A stretch of 64,000 nt of DNA from Candidatus Eiseniibacteriota bacterium (GCA_963702435.1 CAVPCR010000004.1:480001-544000), one strand, 5' to 3'; counted from the first letter of the stretch, positions 17,257 through 27,478 are shown. Made by a program: numbers and translations. The notes: generated from the letters alone by a model not told the origin.

Positions 17257-19423
17257 CGACGCCCTCGTGCTGGCCATCCTGGCTCCCGCCTCTCGTGATC
17301 GCCCGCGGCTCATGAGATCCGTCGGCAACCCGCGCGCTCGATCCGGCCGGAGCCGGGTTCGCGGCGGGCACCGGGATCGTGCCGCCGTTCGCCGCCGCAG
17401 TCTCGGCGCCCGCCGGCTCCGCCGCGCGCGCCGGCTCCTTCTCGGCCTTGAGGCGGCCGTTCCCCTTGCCGGGGATCGGGGCCAGCTGCTCGCCGCGCAG
17501 GATGCGGCTGATCTCATCGCCATCCAGGATCTCGCGCTCGAGGAGGGTCGAGGCGAGCATGTGCAGCTTGTCGAGATTCCCGGCGAGGAGCGACTTGGCC
17601 CTCTCCTCGGCCTCCTCGACCAGCTTGCGCACCTCCTCGTCGATGATCTGTGCGGTCGATTCGGAGTAGTCCTTCTGCTGCGAGATCTCGCGCCCGAGGA
17701 AGATGAGCTCCTCGTTCTTGCCGAAAGCGATGGGTCCGAGCTTCTCCGACATGCCCCACTCGCAGACCATGCGCCGCGCGATCTCCGTGGCCATCCGGAT
17801 ATCGTTCGCCGCTCCCGAGGTCTGCTGGCCGAGCACGAGCTCCTCGGCGGCACGCCCGCCCATCATGATGGCGAGGCGCATCTTCATCTGCTCGCGGTTG
17901 TCGTTGAAGCGATCGTCGGCCGGCAGCTGGTAGACGAGGCCGAGCGCCCGCCCACGCGGGATGATGGTCGCCTTGTGGATGGGATCGGTCCCCGGCAGGA
18001 GCCAGGCGACCAGCGCGTGTCCCGACTCGTGATAGGAAGTCGTGCGCTTCTCCTTGTCGGAGATGACGAGGCTCCGCCGCTCGGTGCCGAGCATCACCTT
18101 GTCCTTCGAGTCCTCGAAGTCGCGCATGTCCACCTTGCGGTGGTTGCGCCGGGCGGCGAGCAGCGCCGCCTCGTTGACCAGGTTGGCGAGGTCGGCGCCG
18201 GCGAGCCCGGGGGTGCCGCGGGCGAGAATGCTCAAGTCGACATCGTCGCCGAGCGGGATGTTCCGCGCGTGCACCTTGAGTATCCCCTCGCGCCCGCGCA
18301 CGTCGGGGCGGTCGACGACGATCTGGCGGTCGAAGCGACCGGGCCTGAGCAGAGCCGGGTCGAGGACATCGGGCCGGTTGGTGGCGGCGATCAGGATGAC
18401 GCCGTCGTTCGACTCGAAGCCGTCCATTTCGACCAGGAGCTGGTTGAGCGTTTGCTCGCGCTCGTCATGGCCACCGCCGAGTCCGGCGCCGCGATGGCGG
18501 CCGACCGCGTCGATCTCGTCGATGAAGATGATGCAGGGCGCGTTCTTCTTGCCCTGGTCGAAGAGATCGCGCACGCGCGAGGCGCCGACACCGACGAACA
18601 TCTCGACGAAGTCCGAGCCGGACATCGAGAAGAAGGGCACGCTGGCCTCGCCGGCCACGGCGCGGGCGAGAAGGGTCTTCCCGGTCCCGGGCGGGCCGAG
18701 GAGGAGGGCGCCCTTCGGAATGCGGCCGCCGAGCGCCTGGAACTTCTTCGGCTCGCGCAGGAACTCGATGACCTCCTGCAGCTCCTCCTTGGCCTCGTCG
18801 GCACCGGCCACGTCGTCGAAGGTGACCTTGGGATGATCCTCGAGCAGCACCTTGGCCCGGCTCTTGCCGAACTTGAGCGCGGTCGAGCCGCCGGACTGGA
18901 TCTGGCGGATGACGAAGAGCCAGAAAGCGATGATGAGGACGATGGGGAGCCAGGTGGCGAGCGCCTGCATCCAGCTGAAGCGCTGGGCGTCGGCGATGAT
19001 CTCCGCGTCCGGGTTCTTCTCCTGGATGCGGCGGAGCATGTTCTCGTCCTCGAGCGGCAGGCGCACGAAGAATCGGGAGTACGGCAGGCGGCGGCCCTGG
19101 GCGGAGGTCACCGCTTCCTGCTTCAGCTCGCCGTGCACCTCCCTGGTGTCGGAGTAGGTGACGCTCTTCAGGTTGCCGGCCTCGATCTGCGCGTTGAACT
19201 CGGAGTACGAGATCTTGCTCTCGGCGATCCGATTATCGCTGTAGAACTGGAAGATGACGACGGCGAGCAGCAGCAGCACGAGCCAGAAGGCGAGCGTGCG
19301 CAGCGGGCGCGCCGGCGGTGAGTTGAGCGGCAGGCGCGGCGGCACCCGGCGGCGCGACGGCGGCTCCTTGCGCCGCGACTCGTCGCGGTTGTTCTCCTCG
19401 AGCATTCTGTTCTGATCGTTCAT
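17219..19423 (-). CDS. ftsH: ATP-dependent zinc metalloprotease FtsH
   Basis: Two TM segments, [39 protein letters not shown]. Confidence 0.97.
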   Translation of the reverse strand: MNDQNRMLEENNRDESRRKEPPSRRRVPPRLPLNSPPARPLRTLAFWLVLLLLAVVIFQFYSDNRIAESKISYSEFNAQIEAGNLKSVTYSDTREVHGELKQEAVTSAQGRRLPYSRFFVRLPLEDENMLRRIQEKNPDAEIIADAQRFSWMQALATWLPIVLIIAFWLFVIRQIQSGGSTALKFGKSRAKVLLEDHPKVTFDDVAGADEAKEELQEVIEFLREPKKFQALGGRIPKGALLLGPPGTGKTLLARAVAGEASVPFFSMSGSDFVEMFVGVGASRVRDLFDQGKKNAPCIIFIDEIDAVGRHRGAGLGGGHDEREQTLNQLLVEMDGFESNDGVILIAATNRPDVLDPALLRPGRFDRQIVVDRPDVRGREGILKVHARNIPLGDDVDLSILARGTPGLAGADLANLVNEAALLAARRNHRKVDMRDFEDSKDKVMLGTERRSLVISDKEKRTTSYHESGHALVAWLLPGTDPIHKATIIPRGRALGLVYQLPADDRFNDNREQMKMRLAIMMGGRAAEELVLGQQTSGAANDIRMATEIARRMVCEWGMSEKLGPIAFGKNEELIFLGREISQQKDYSESTAQIIDEEVRKLVEEAEERAKSLLAGNLDKLHMLASTLLEREILDGDEISRILRGEQLAPIPGKGNGRLKAEKEPARAAEPAGAETAAANGGTIPVPAANPAPAGSSARVADGSHEPRAITRGGSQDGQHEGVDEPSRARESTGT

Positions 19424-19992
19424 TGACCTGATCCAGTGCCTTCAGCGGCTGCGGGGGGCTCCGCGCGGAGGGCGGCCACGTAGGGAAGATTCCGGTACTG
19501 ACCGGCCAGGTCCATCCCGTAGCCGATCACGTAACGGTTGGGAATGCGAAAGCCGATGAGCTCGGGCTCGACGGCGGGAATGTCCTCGGTCTCCTTCATG
19601 AGGAGCGCGCAGATGCGTAGCGACTCCGGACCGCGCAGCTCCAGGTAGTCGAGAAGGAAGCGGAGCGTGAGCCCCGTATCCACGATGTCCTCGACGAGCA
19701 CCACATCGCGGCCGCGCACCTCGGTAGACAGATCGTGCACCAGACGCACGCGCCCGCTCGACTGCGTGCGCGCGCCGTAGCTCGACACCGCGAGGAAGTC
19801 GATCTCGTGCAGCGTGTTCACCGCGCGCATGAGGTCCGAGAGGAAGACGATCCCGCCCTTCAGGATGCTCACGAAGAGCGGATTCCGCCCCGCGTACTCG
19901 CGCGAGATCCGCGCCCCGAGCTCGGCCACGCGCGCGGCGATGCGCGCGGCCGGGATCAGGACCTCGACCTCGCCGACGCCGGGGAGGGTCAC
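19420..19992 (-). CDS. hpt: Hypoxanthine phosphoribosyltransferase
   Basis: [38 protein letters not shown] start inferred. Confidence 0.93.
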   Translation of the reverse strand: MTLPGVGEVEVLIPAARIAARVAELGARISREYAGRNPLFVSILKGGIVFLSDLMRAVNTLHEIDFLAVSSYGARTQSSGRVRLVHDLSTEVRGRDVVLVEDIVDTGLTLRFLLDYLELRGPESLRICALLMKETEDIPAVEPELIGFRIPNRYVIGYGMDLAGQYRNLPYVAALRAEPPAAAEGTGSGQ

Positions 19993-20006
19993 GACGGCCC
20001 CTTCTT

Positions 20007-21533
20007 CTACAGCTGCGAGGCGAATACCCGCACCTCCAGGATCTCGTTCGTTTCCTTGCCGATCAGAGCGTGGGCGCTCCGGCGGCAACCCGCCACCCAT
20101 AGGATTCGTTCATCGGGCCCGCCGGCTCCATCAACGATCAACGGCACCGCTGCCCGCAGTCGGCGCGGTACCCGGTGGTCGATCAGGAGATCCTTGATCT
20201 TCTTCTCGGCGTCCATGCCGAGCGGCCGGATACGGTCGCCGGGTTCGCGCGAGCGGACCACGAGCGGCAAGCGAAGTCGAGCGCGGTCAAATACCGCGAG
20301 CCCCGGATCCTCTCCCGCGGTTTGTGCCTCCTCGATCCCAGGATAGCCGTTAAGCCCTTTATCGGCCTCAGTTTTGGGCAGCTTGACGAGCCGGGTGGCG
20401 ATCGTGATGCCGAGCTCCGGGAGGTCGGTGCGCCCGTCGAGCGGGACCGGGGTCCGAGGGATCTGCCTCGCCTCACCGGGGTCCCGGACCCACAGGGAGA
20501 GCTCGCTGCCCTCGCGGAGCCCGACCATCCCCCCCGGCAGGTCAGCGCGCCGTTGGCGACCCCCCTTGCCGGCGAGGGCCATGAGGGCATCGATGTGCTC
20601 GAAGCTGATGCCCCGCAAATCGCTATGCAACCTCGAGATCGCCTGCCGGAGCAAATACCGCCTGAGGATGGGATCGTAGGAATTCAGGCGGCGAATATCA
20701 AGGGCGACACAGGGCGGGAGGGGGCCCGGGAGGCCGAGCCAGGGAAGCGTCCAATGCCCCGCGGCCCCGGCCGCCGCGGCGTCGGCCAGATCACCTGCGT
20801 CGAGGATCTCGGCCGCGACGCGCGAGAAGTAGGTATCCACTTCGTTCATGAGCTCGGCCGTCCGCCCGAGCGTCGCGACGACCGCGGGGTTGAACTCGGA
20901 GGCGAGGAGCGGCACGAGCACGTGACGCGTCCGGTTGCGGGCGAGCCGGAGGTCGCGATTGGTGCGATCGAGTCGATAGGTGAGCCCGCGGTCGTTGAGA
21001 TACGTGCGCACGAGATCGCGCGGCACGTCGAGGAGAGGGCGCACGACGTGCGCCCCGCCGCGGGGCGACGGGGTCGTCATCGCCGCGAGGCCGCACGGTC
21101 CGGCCCCGCGCAGGAGGCGGAGGAGGAAGGTCTCGGCCTGGTCGTCCGCGGTGTGTCCGACCGCCACGTAACGGGCCCCGTGCCGCTGCGCCTCGGCGGT
21201 GAGAAAGGCGTAGCGGACATGGCGTGCAGCTTCCTCGAGGCTCTCGCCCGGCGCGGCCGCGACCCGGCGGAGCGCGAAGGCGGCGGGCAACCCGAGGCGG
21301 CCGGCGATCTCCCCGACGAGCACGGCGTCGGCGGTCGCCTCCTCGCCCCGGAGTCCGTGATCGACGTGGGCGATGACGAGCGCGAGCCCGAGCTGCGGGG
21401 CGAGCTCGGCGAGGGCATGCACGAGGGCCACCGAGTCCGGGCCGCCGGACACCGCGACCACCGCCCGCCCGGGTGCGGGGAAGAGGCAGCGGCCGTGGGC
21501 CGTGCGGAGGATCTGGCGAAGAAGCGGGTGCAT
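20007..21533 (-). CDS. tilS: tRNA(Ile)-lysidine synthetase
   Basis: VAVSGGPDS, HVDHGLR, GHTADDQAET, RPLL, RNRTR, C-terminal GDRIRPLGM..KKIKD. Confidence 0.92.
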   Translation of the reverse strand: MHPLLRQILRTAHGRCLFPAPGRAVVAVSGGPDSVALVHALAELAPQLGLALVIAHVDHGLRGEEATADAVLVGEIAGRLGLPAAFALRRVAAAPGESLEEAARHVRYAFLTAEAQRHGARYVAVGHTADDQAETFLLRLLRGAGPCGLAAMTTPSPRGGAHVVRPLLDVPRDLVRTYLNDRGLTYRLDRTNRDLRLARNRTRHVLVPLLASEFNPAVVATLGRTAELMNEVDTYFSRVAAEILDAGDLADAAAAGAAGHWTLPWLGLPGPLPPCVALDIRRLNSYDPILRRYLLRQAISRLHSDLRGISFEHIDALMALAGKGGRQRRADLPGGMVGLREGSELSLWVRDPGEARQIPRTPVPLDGRTDLPELGITIATRLVKLPKTEADKGLNGYPGIEEAQTAGEDPGLAVFDRARLRLPLVVRSREPGDRIRPLGMDAEKKIKDLLIDHRVPRRLRAAVPLIVDGAGGPDERILWVAGCRRSAHALIGKETNEILEVRVFASQL

Positions 21534-21557
21534 CGTGGTGATGATATGCTCCGGCCG

Positions 21558-22142
21558 ATGAAAATCTACACGCGAAGCGGCGACCGGGGAGACACCGGGC
21601 TCATCGGCGGCCGGCGGGTGAAAAAGAACGTGCCGCGCGTCGCCGCCTACGGCGGCGTGGATGAGCTCAACGCGGTGCTCGGGCTCGCCATCGCCGAGCT
21701 GGGCGCCGGCGCGCCCGGTGCCTCGACACCCGCCGCGGATCTCGCCCGCATCCAGAACGCGCTCTTCACGCTCGGCGCGGAGCTCGCGACGCCGTCGGCG
21801 GCGGAGCCGGCGCGCGGCGTCGAGCCGCTCGCGGCCGCGGAGACCACGTGGCTCGAGGCGTCGATCGACGCGCTCGGCGACCGCTTGCCGCCGCTCTCGC
21901 ACTTCATCCTCCCCGGCGGCACGCGGGCCGGAGCGACCTTGCATCTTGCCCGCACCGTGTGCCGGCGCGCCGAGCGCGCGATCGTGGCCCTCGCCGCCGA
22001 GGAACCGGTGCGCGCCGAGGTGCTCGCCTACGTGAACCGGCTCTCCGACTATCTCTTCATGCTGGCCCGCGCCGTGAACGCCGCGGCGGGCGCGACCGAG
22101 GCCAGGTGGCTCGGCCGCGCCGCGTCCGGGCCCGGCGCCTAG
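21558..22142 (+). CDS. PduO-type cob(I)alamin adenosyltransferase
   Basis: KIYTRSGDRGDT, YGGVDELN, FILPGG, RTVCRRAER, NRLSDYLF. Confidence 0.92.
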   Translation: MKIYTRSGDRGDTGLIGGRRVKKNVPRVAAYGGVDELNAVLGLAIAELGAGAPGASTPAADLARIQNALFTLGAELATPSAAEPARGVEPLAAAETTWLEASIDALGDRLPPLSHFILPGGTRAGATLHLARTVCRRAERAIVALAAEEPVRAEVLAYVNRLSDYLFMLARAVNAAAGATEARWLGRAASGPGA

Positions 22143-22180
22143 GAGGGTGCTGACGGCCTGCCGGCGCGCGGCGGCGGTGT

Positions 22181-23314
22181 CTAGTCCGAGCCCTGCTCGG
22201 CGGCGGCGCCCGCCTTCTTGGGCTCGATCCAGTCCTTCTCCTTCGTGAGATCCGCGAGCAGCTTCTCGTCCGCCGCGCCCGGCAGGACCTGGGCGAGATG
22301 CTCGGCGTAGGCGTCCGCCGAGAGCGGCTCGCCGTCGACGCTGAAGCGCTCGCCCTTGTGGTCGCCGATCGAGCGATGGAAGCGGAGATCCGGCGTGTAG
22401 AGCCGGGGCTCGCCGGCGGGCACGACCTTGTTGAGAGCCGCGATCAGCTCGGCCACTTCCGCCTGGTACTGGCTCCGTGCGCGGTCGTTGAGCGAGGCCT
22501 TGTCGGGCTCCTCGGTGCACTCCTCCTCGTCGTAACGGCCCTTGAGCCCCCACAGGTAGGCCCACTCGGCCGAAGTCGAATGGTCGACGCCGAAGAGGTC
22601 GTAGGCGGTCGGGATCCACTTGTTCAGGAAACGCTGCACGACCGGGACCGGCACCCGGCCCGCCTTCAGGATGCGGCGGAGGCCGTTGTTCCCCGTCCCC
22701 ATGTGGAACTGCTCCTCCTTGAGCATGGCGCGCACCGAGCGGGCGAGCGGGGCGAAGGAGCTGGTGGACAGCATCTTGAGCTGGAACTTGCCGTCGCGGT
22801 CGACGAAGTTCGTGTAGGTGAAGAAGTCGAGCCAGTTGTTGACGGGCTCGTTGAACGAGCCGAGGAGTCGCGTGTGGTTGAAGGCGCGGCGCTCGAGCTG
22901 CTTCTGCGCCTCGACACGACCGGACTCGCCGAAGTGCTCGACCATGAGGTAGCACATCTGCCATCCGTGCCGCATCTCCTCGACGTTGACGCGGAGGAGC
23001 GAATAGAGATCGTAGTCGCTCGGCGCGGTGGCGACGAGGTTTCGCTGCTGCTCGACCGAGGCGAACTCGGTGTCGCTCTGGTACACGATCAGGTGGAGGA
23101 GGGCGTCGCGGATGCGCTGATCGGGGATCTGCAGCACGGTCTCCCACTTGGAGCGGCCGCGGTAGCCGCCGAACTGGATCTCGTCCGTCGGCAGGTCGGC
23201 GAACTTGATGTCCAGGACGAAGTCCTTGATCATCTCCCGGTCGTAACCGATGTCGACGAGCCACTGGTCGAAGAGCCCGATCCAGTCGTCGAAGGTGGCG
23301 ATGCGCGAAGCCAT
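22181..23314 (-). CDS. BoxB-like (PaaA/PaaC superfamily) di-iron aromatic-CoA oxygenase/epoxidase, short form
   Basis: IVYQSDTEFASVEQQR, NVEEMRHG, LLGSFN..V.NWLDFF...FVDRDGKFQL, F.PLAR...MLKEEQFHM match BoxB-type di-iron ligand motifs. Confidence 0.8.
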   Translation of the reverse strand: MASRIATFDDWIGLFDQWLVDIGYDREMIKDFVLDIKFADLPTDEIQFGGYRGRSKWETVLQIPDQRIRDALLHLIVYQSDTEFASVEQQRNLVATAPSDYDLYSLLRVNVEEMRHGWQMCYLMVEHFGESGRVEAQKQLERRAFNHTRLLGSFNEPVNNWLDFFTYTNFVDRDGKFQLKMLSTSSFAPLARSVRAMLKEEQFHMGTGNNGLRRILKAGRVPVPVVQRFLNKWIPTAYDLFGVDHSTSAEWAYLWGLKGRYDEEECTEEPDKASLNDRARSQYQAEVAELIAALNKVVPAGEPRLYTPDLRFHRSIGDHKGERFSVDGEPLSADAYAEHLAQVLPGAADEKLLADLTKEKDWIEPKKAGAAAEQGSD

Positions 23315-23316
23315 CT

Positions 23317-23976
23317 CTAGCCCTGTCCTTTCTCGCTCGTGGTCGTGATCACACCGCCGGCAGCCATGTCGGCCGCCAGGAACCCGTTGAGGAAGATCCC
23401 GCTCATCAGGCCGGCGATCTCGTCGATCGCGGGCGCCTCGCCGGCCAGGGCCTCTTCCCCGCCCGGCGTCCGATACCAGGTGTAGATCCAGTTCATCATG
23501 CCGAAGAGCGACAGCGCGGCGAGGCGCGGCGCCGGCGCGGGCGCGGTGCGGAGGCCGCCCACGATCTCGGTGGCGATCGCCACGTAGACCCGCTTCCGCT
23601 CCTGGATCTCTCGCCGGTGGGCACCCGTGAGCGCATCCGATTCGCGGCTCAGCACTTTCATCTCGGTCAGGTGCGCCGCGAAGTACGTCAGATGATTGCC
23701 GACGAAAGCGCGGAGGCGTTCCTCCGGCGTGTGCTCCCCGTTCCGGCAGGCGAGCGCCCCGGCGATCACCGTGTCGAGCGCCCGGGCCGAGATCGCGAAG
23801 AGGATCTCCTCCTTGCTCGGGAAGTAGTAGTAGAGCCCGGCCAGGCTCGAGCGCGCTGCGCGCGCGACGTCGCGCATCGTCGCCTCGTGGTAGCCCTTCT
23901 CGGCGAAGACGCGGGCGGCGAGGCGCACGATGCGATCGCGGCGATCCTGGTAGCGGGCGGTGGTGGTCTGGGCCAT
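23317..23976 (-). CDS. TetR-family regulator (KstR2/PaaR-like)
   Basis: AARVFAEKGYHEATMRDVA...LYYYFPSKEEIL HTH; C-terminal LFGMMNWIYTWYR. Confidence 0.9.
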   Translation of the reverse strand: MAQTTTARYQDRRDRIVRLAARVFAEKGYHEATMRDVARAARSSLAGLYYYFPSKEEILFAISARALDTVIAGALACRNGEHTPEERLRAFVGNHLTYFAAHLTEMKVLSRESDALTGAHRREIQERKRVYVAIATEIVGGLRTAPAPAPRLAALSLFGMMNWIYTWYRTPGGEEALAGEAPAIDEIAGLMSGIFLNGFLAADMAAGGVITTTSEKGQG

Positions 23977-24029
23977 GGTCGAGATCGTGCCGCCGGGGGG
24001 AGCGGGCGGCGGCGGATGCGCTGTCCGTT

Positions 24030-24078
24030 CGGACGTCCGTTCGAATGAAGCCTAGCGAAAGGTAGCCGGAGCCGTCAA
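24030..24078 (-). promoter_or_regulatory. Promoter of the tetR-boxB unit with a candidate TetR operator at the start site
   Basis: Minus strand TTGACG-18 nt-TAGGCT (24078-24049), followed by pseudo-palindrome CGAACGGACGTCCG (24043-24030). Confidence 0.5.
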
Positions 24079-24107
24079 GGGCGGGCGTGTGGAGCTGATC
24101 GACCCGT

Positions 24108-24134
24108 GTAAAGTGTTGATTGAATATGCTTTAC
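24108..24134. promoter_or_regulatory. AT-rich site with an IHF-consensus match
   Basis: Minus strand AATCAACACTTTA (24121-24109) fits WATCAANNNNTTR; bracketed by inverted GTAAAG/CTTTAC. Confidence 0.45.
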
Positions 24135-24180
24135 GATCAGCGATCGGGAGGGGTGGGGCGCCGCCCGCGCGGCGATCCGA

Positions 24181-24209
24181 TTGACAACCGGGCCGCCGGG
24201 CCTTAGCTT
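24181..24209 (+). promoter_or_regulatory. Sigma70-type promoter for the aldehyde dehydrogenase operon
   Basis: TTGACA-17 nt-TAGCTT. Confidence 0.6.
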
Positions 24210-24278
24210 TGTCCCTTTCCTGAAGACTCCTCCTCCCGGCTCTCACTCGACAGCGCTTCCAGCGAGGATCCCATCAAT

Positions 24279-25739
24279 ATGTCCCAGGCAGTCCGCGAAC
24301 GGCTCCGGCCGGCAAAGCTGTGGATCGGCGGCGCGGCCGTCGAGGCCGCCGCGGGAAAGAGCTACCCGGTGTACGAACCGGCCTACGGCGAGGTCCTGGC
24401 CGAGGTCGCCGCCGCCGGCCCCGAGGATGTGGACCGCGCCGTGCAAGCGGCGCGCGAGTCCTTCGAGCGCGGCCCCTGGTCGAAGCTCGCCGCGAGCGAC
24501 CGCGGGCGGCTCCTCTGGCGGCTCGCCGATCTCATCGAGGCCAACGCCGACGAGATCGCCACGATCGAGACGCGGAACCAGGGGAAGACCCTCTTCGAGT
24601 CGCGGAAGATCGAGGTGCCGCTCGTCGCCGACTGCTTCCGCTTCTACGCCGGAGCGGCGACCAAGATCCACGGCGAGACCATCCCCACGCGCGGCTCCGC
24701 GTTCAACTACACGCTCCGCGAGCCGGTCGGGGTGGTCGCCGCCATCGTCCCGTGGAACTTCCCGCTCCTGATCGCCACCTGGAAGATCGCGCCGGCGCTG
24801 GCCGCGGGCTGCACGGTGGTCTTGAAGCCGGCCTCGCCGACCCCGCTCTCCGCGCTGCGGCTCGCCGAGCTGGCGCGCGAGGCAGGGATCCCGGATGGTG
24901 TCCTCAACGTCGTGCCCGGGAAGGGGTCGGTCGCCGGCAACGCGCTCGTCGAGCATCCGCAGGTCGACAAGATCGCCTTCACCGGGTCGACCGAGGTCGG
25001 GCGCGAGATCATGCGCCGCGCCGCCGGCACCGTGAAGCGGGTCTCGCTCGAGCTCGGCGGCAAGTCGCCGAACATCGTGCTCGCCGACGCCGATCTCGAT
25101 CAGGCGGTCAAGGGAGCGCTGAACGGCATCTTCTACAACAAGGGCGAGGTGTGCGCCGCCGGTTCGCGCCTCCTGGTCGCCGCCCCGGTGCACGACGAGT
25201 TCGTGGCGCGGCTCAAGAGCAAGGTCGAGGGCATGACGCTCGGCGATCCGCTCGACGCGAAGACCCGCATGGGACCGCAGGTGTCCGCGGAGCAGATGGC
25301 CACGATCCTCCGCTACATCGACAGCGGGAAGGAGGAGGGGGCGCGGGTGGTGACCGGCGGCAAGCGGCACGGCCAGGTCGGCTACTTCGTCGAGCCCACC
25401 GTCTTCGATGGGGTCGAGCCGCGGATGACCATCGCCCGCGAGGAGATCTTCGGGCCGGTGCTGGCCGTGATCGAGGTGAAGGATGCCGAGGACGCGGTGG
25501 CCAAGGCCAACGACACCATGTACGGCCTGGCGGCGGCGGTGTGGACCCGGGACGTCAAGCAGGCGCACAAGATGGCGCGCGCGCTCCGCGCCGGCACCGT
25601 GTGGATCAACACCTACGGCGTCTACGACAACGCCATTCCATTCGGCGGCGTGAAGCAGTCGGGCTTCGGGCGCGACATGGGGCTCCACGCGCTCGAGCAG
25701 TACACCCACGTGAAGAGCGTCTGGGTCGACCTCGGCTGA
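24279..25739 (+). CDS. NAD(P)-dependent aldehyde dehydrogenase
   Basis: PWNFP, KPAS, FTGSTEVG, LELGGKSP, GEVCAAGSR, EEIFGPV, PFGGVKQSGFGR. Confidence 0.95.
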   Translation: MSQAVRERLRPAKLWIGGAAVEAAAGKSYPVYEPAYGEVLAEVAAAGPEDVDRAVQAARESFERGPWSKLAASDRGRLLWRLADLIEANADEIATIETRNQGKTLFESRKIEVPLVADCFRFYAGAATKIHGETIPTRGSAFNYTLREPVGVVAAIVPWNFPLLIATWKIAPALAAGCTVVLKPASPTPLSALRLAELAREAGIPDGVLNVVPGKGSVAGNALVEHPQVDKIAFTGSTEVGREIMRRAAGTVKRVSLELGGKSPNIVLADADLDQAVKGALNGIFYNKGEVCAAGSRLLVAAPVHDEFVARLKSKVEGMTLGDPLDAKTRMGPQVSAEQMATILRYIDSGKEEGARVVTGGKRHGQVGYFVEPTVFDGVEPRMTIAREEIFGPVLAVIEVKDAEDAVAKANDTMYGLAAAVWTRDVKQAHKMARALRAGTVWINTYGVYDNAIPFGGVKQSGFGRDMGLHALEQYTHVKSVWVDLG

Positions 25740-25815
25740 GGTCGTGCCCGGAGCGCGAGAGAGATCGCACAGAGAATCGCCAGAGACCGGATCCAGCAGA
25801 GGAAGGACGAACGCC

Positions 25816-26631
25816 ATGGCCCAGCAGAGGACTGCGATCGAGACCAAGCTCATCAACTACCGCGCCGAGAAGGGCATCGCCGTGATCGAGATGGACGATC
25901 CGCCGGCCAATACCTACACCTACGAGATGATGCGGCAGCTCGACGAGGCGATCCTCACCGCGCGCATGGACGACTCGGCGCACGTGATCCTGCTCCGGGG
26001 GAAGGGCGACAAGTTCTTCTCGGCAGGGGCCAACATCCAGATGCTCTCCTCGGTCACCCCGCAGTTCAAGTACTACTTCTGCCTGCATGCGAACGAGACC
26101 CTGAATCGCCTCGAGCAGACGCCGAAGCTCGTGATCGCCGCGCTCAACGGCCACACGGTCGGCGGCGGGCTCGAGATCGCGATGGCCGCCGACATGCGCA
26201 TCGCGCGGAAGGACGGCGGGAAGATCGGACTCCCCGAGGTAACCCTCGGCGTCCTCCCCGGTACCGGCGGCACCCAGCGGCTCGCGCGCCTCATCGGGAA
26301 GCCGAAGGCGATCGAGCTCATGGTCACCGGCCGCACCTTCAGCTTCGAGGAAGCGGTCGACATGGGGCTCGTGAACCAGATCATCGCCGGGACGCCCGAG
26401 GATTTCATGCGCCAGGTCATGGAGTACGCGGGCCAGTTCGTGCCGCCGAACAAGGCGGCGAAGGCGGTGGGTCGCATCAAGCGCGCCGTGCAGTCGGGTC
26501 CCGAGTGCGGGTTCGGCGAGGGGCTCGCCATCGAGCGCGAGCTGCAGCAGCAGCTCTTCCAGTCGGATGACGCCAAGGAAGGGCTCGCGGCGTACGTGGG
26601 CAAGCGCATCCCCACTTTCCGCGGCGCATAG
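25816..26631 (+). CDS. Enoyl-CoA hydratase/isomerase (crotonase family)
   Basis: FSAGANI, FCLHANETL, GGGLEIA, LPEVTLGVLPGTGGTQRL. Confidence 0.92.
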   Translation: MAQQRTAIETKLINYRAEKGIAVIEMDDPPANTYTYEMMRQLDEAILTARMDDSAHVILLRGKGDKFFSAGANIQMLSSVTPQFKYYFCLHANETLNRLEQTPKLVIAALNGHTVGGGLEIAMAADMRIARKDGGKIGLPEVTLGVLPGTGGTQRLARLIGKPKAIELMVTGRTFSFEEAVDMGLVNQIIAGTPEDFMRQVMEYAGQFVPPNKAAKAVGRIKRAVQSGPECGFGEGLAIERELQQQLFQSDDAKEGLAAYVGKRIPTFRGA

Positions 26632-26656
26632 CGGCGGGTCCGGGAACGGAGACGAG

Positions 26657-27478
26657 ATGGACGAGGCGGCGAGGGAGATCGCCGGAGCGGCGCCGGGCGT
26701 TCCCGCCGCACGTGCGCCGGCCCCCGCCGGCCGCCGGATGATGGTCGTGGCCGGCGCGCGCGAGATCCGGGACGGCGAGATCGTCTTCGTCGGCATGCGG
26801 CTCCCGATCGTCGCCTTCCATCTCGCCAAGGTCACGCACGCCCCGCGCGCGATCGCGCTCTACGAGAACGGGGTGATCCGCGAGCATCCGGCGGCGGAGC
26901 CGCTTTTCACGATGGCCGATCCGCCGAATCTCCGCCGGGCCAGCATGTGCTCGGATCTGCAGGCGGTGATGAGCCTCCTCCAGCAGGGGCGCGTCGACCT
27001 GGGCTTCCTCGGCGCCGGAGAGGTCGATCGCTTCGGGAATCTGAACTCGACGCTGGTCACGGATGAGGCCGGCGGGACGATCCGGCTCCCCGGAAGCGGC
27101 GGGGCCGCCGACATCGCCTGCCTCGCCCGCCGCACCGTGATCCTCCTCCGGCACGAGCGGCGCCGTTTCCGCGAGCGCGTGCACTACGTGACCGGCCCGG
27201 GGCACGGCGATGGCCACGGCTGGCGCGAGCGCGAGGGCCTGGGGCCCGGCGGGCCGGCGGCGATCATCACCGACCTCGCGGTGCTTCGCTTCGATGAGGA
27301 CGGCGAGGCGTACCTCGCGAGCGTGCATCCGGGGGTGACGGTGGAGCAGGTGCTCGCCGCCACCGGCTGGCCGCTCCGCGTGCGCGCACCCGTGCCTGCC
27401 ACCGAGCCGCCGACCGCGCGCGAGATGAACTCCCTCGCCGCGGCGGATCCCGGCGGATTCTGGACCGGCAGCGCGTAG
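26657..27478 (+). CDS. Family I CoA-transferase beta subunit (GctB/PcaJ-like)
   Basis: VFVGMRLP, LYENG, GFLGAGEVDRFGNLNST, LPGSGGAADIA, IITDL, HPGVT. Confidence 0.88.
   Translation: MDEAAREIAGAAPGVPAARAPAPAGRRMMVVAGAREIRDGEIVFVGMRLPIVAFHLAKVTHAPRAIALYENGVIREHPAAEPLFTMADPPNLRRASMCSDLQAVMSLLQQGRVDLGFLGAGEVDRFGNLNSTLVTDEAGGTIRLPGSGGAADIACLARRTVILLRHERRRFRERVHYVTGPGHGDGHGWREREGLGPGGPAAIITDLAVLRFDEDGEAYLASVHPGVTVEQVLAATGWPLRVRAPVPATEPPTAREMNSLAAADPGGFWTGSA

Noticed and set aside
20007..23264. 1085-aa fused ORF ending in TilS
   Set aside because: The upstream part is an off-frame reading of the boxB-like gene and the antisense of the adenosyltransferase; real TilS begins at 21533.
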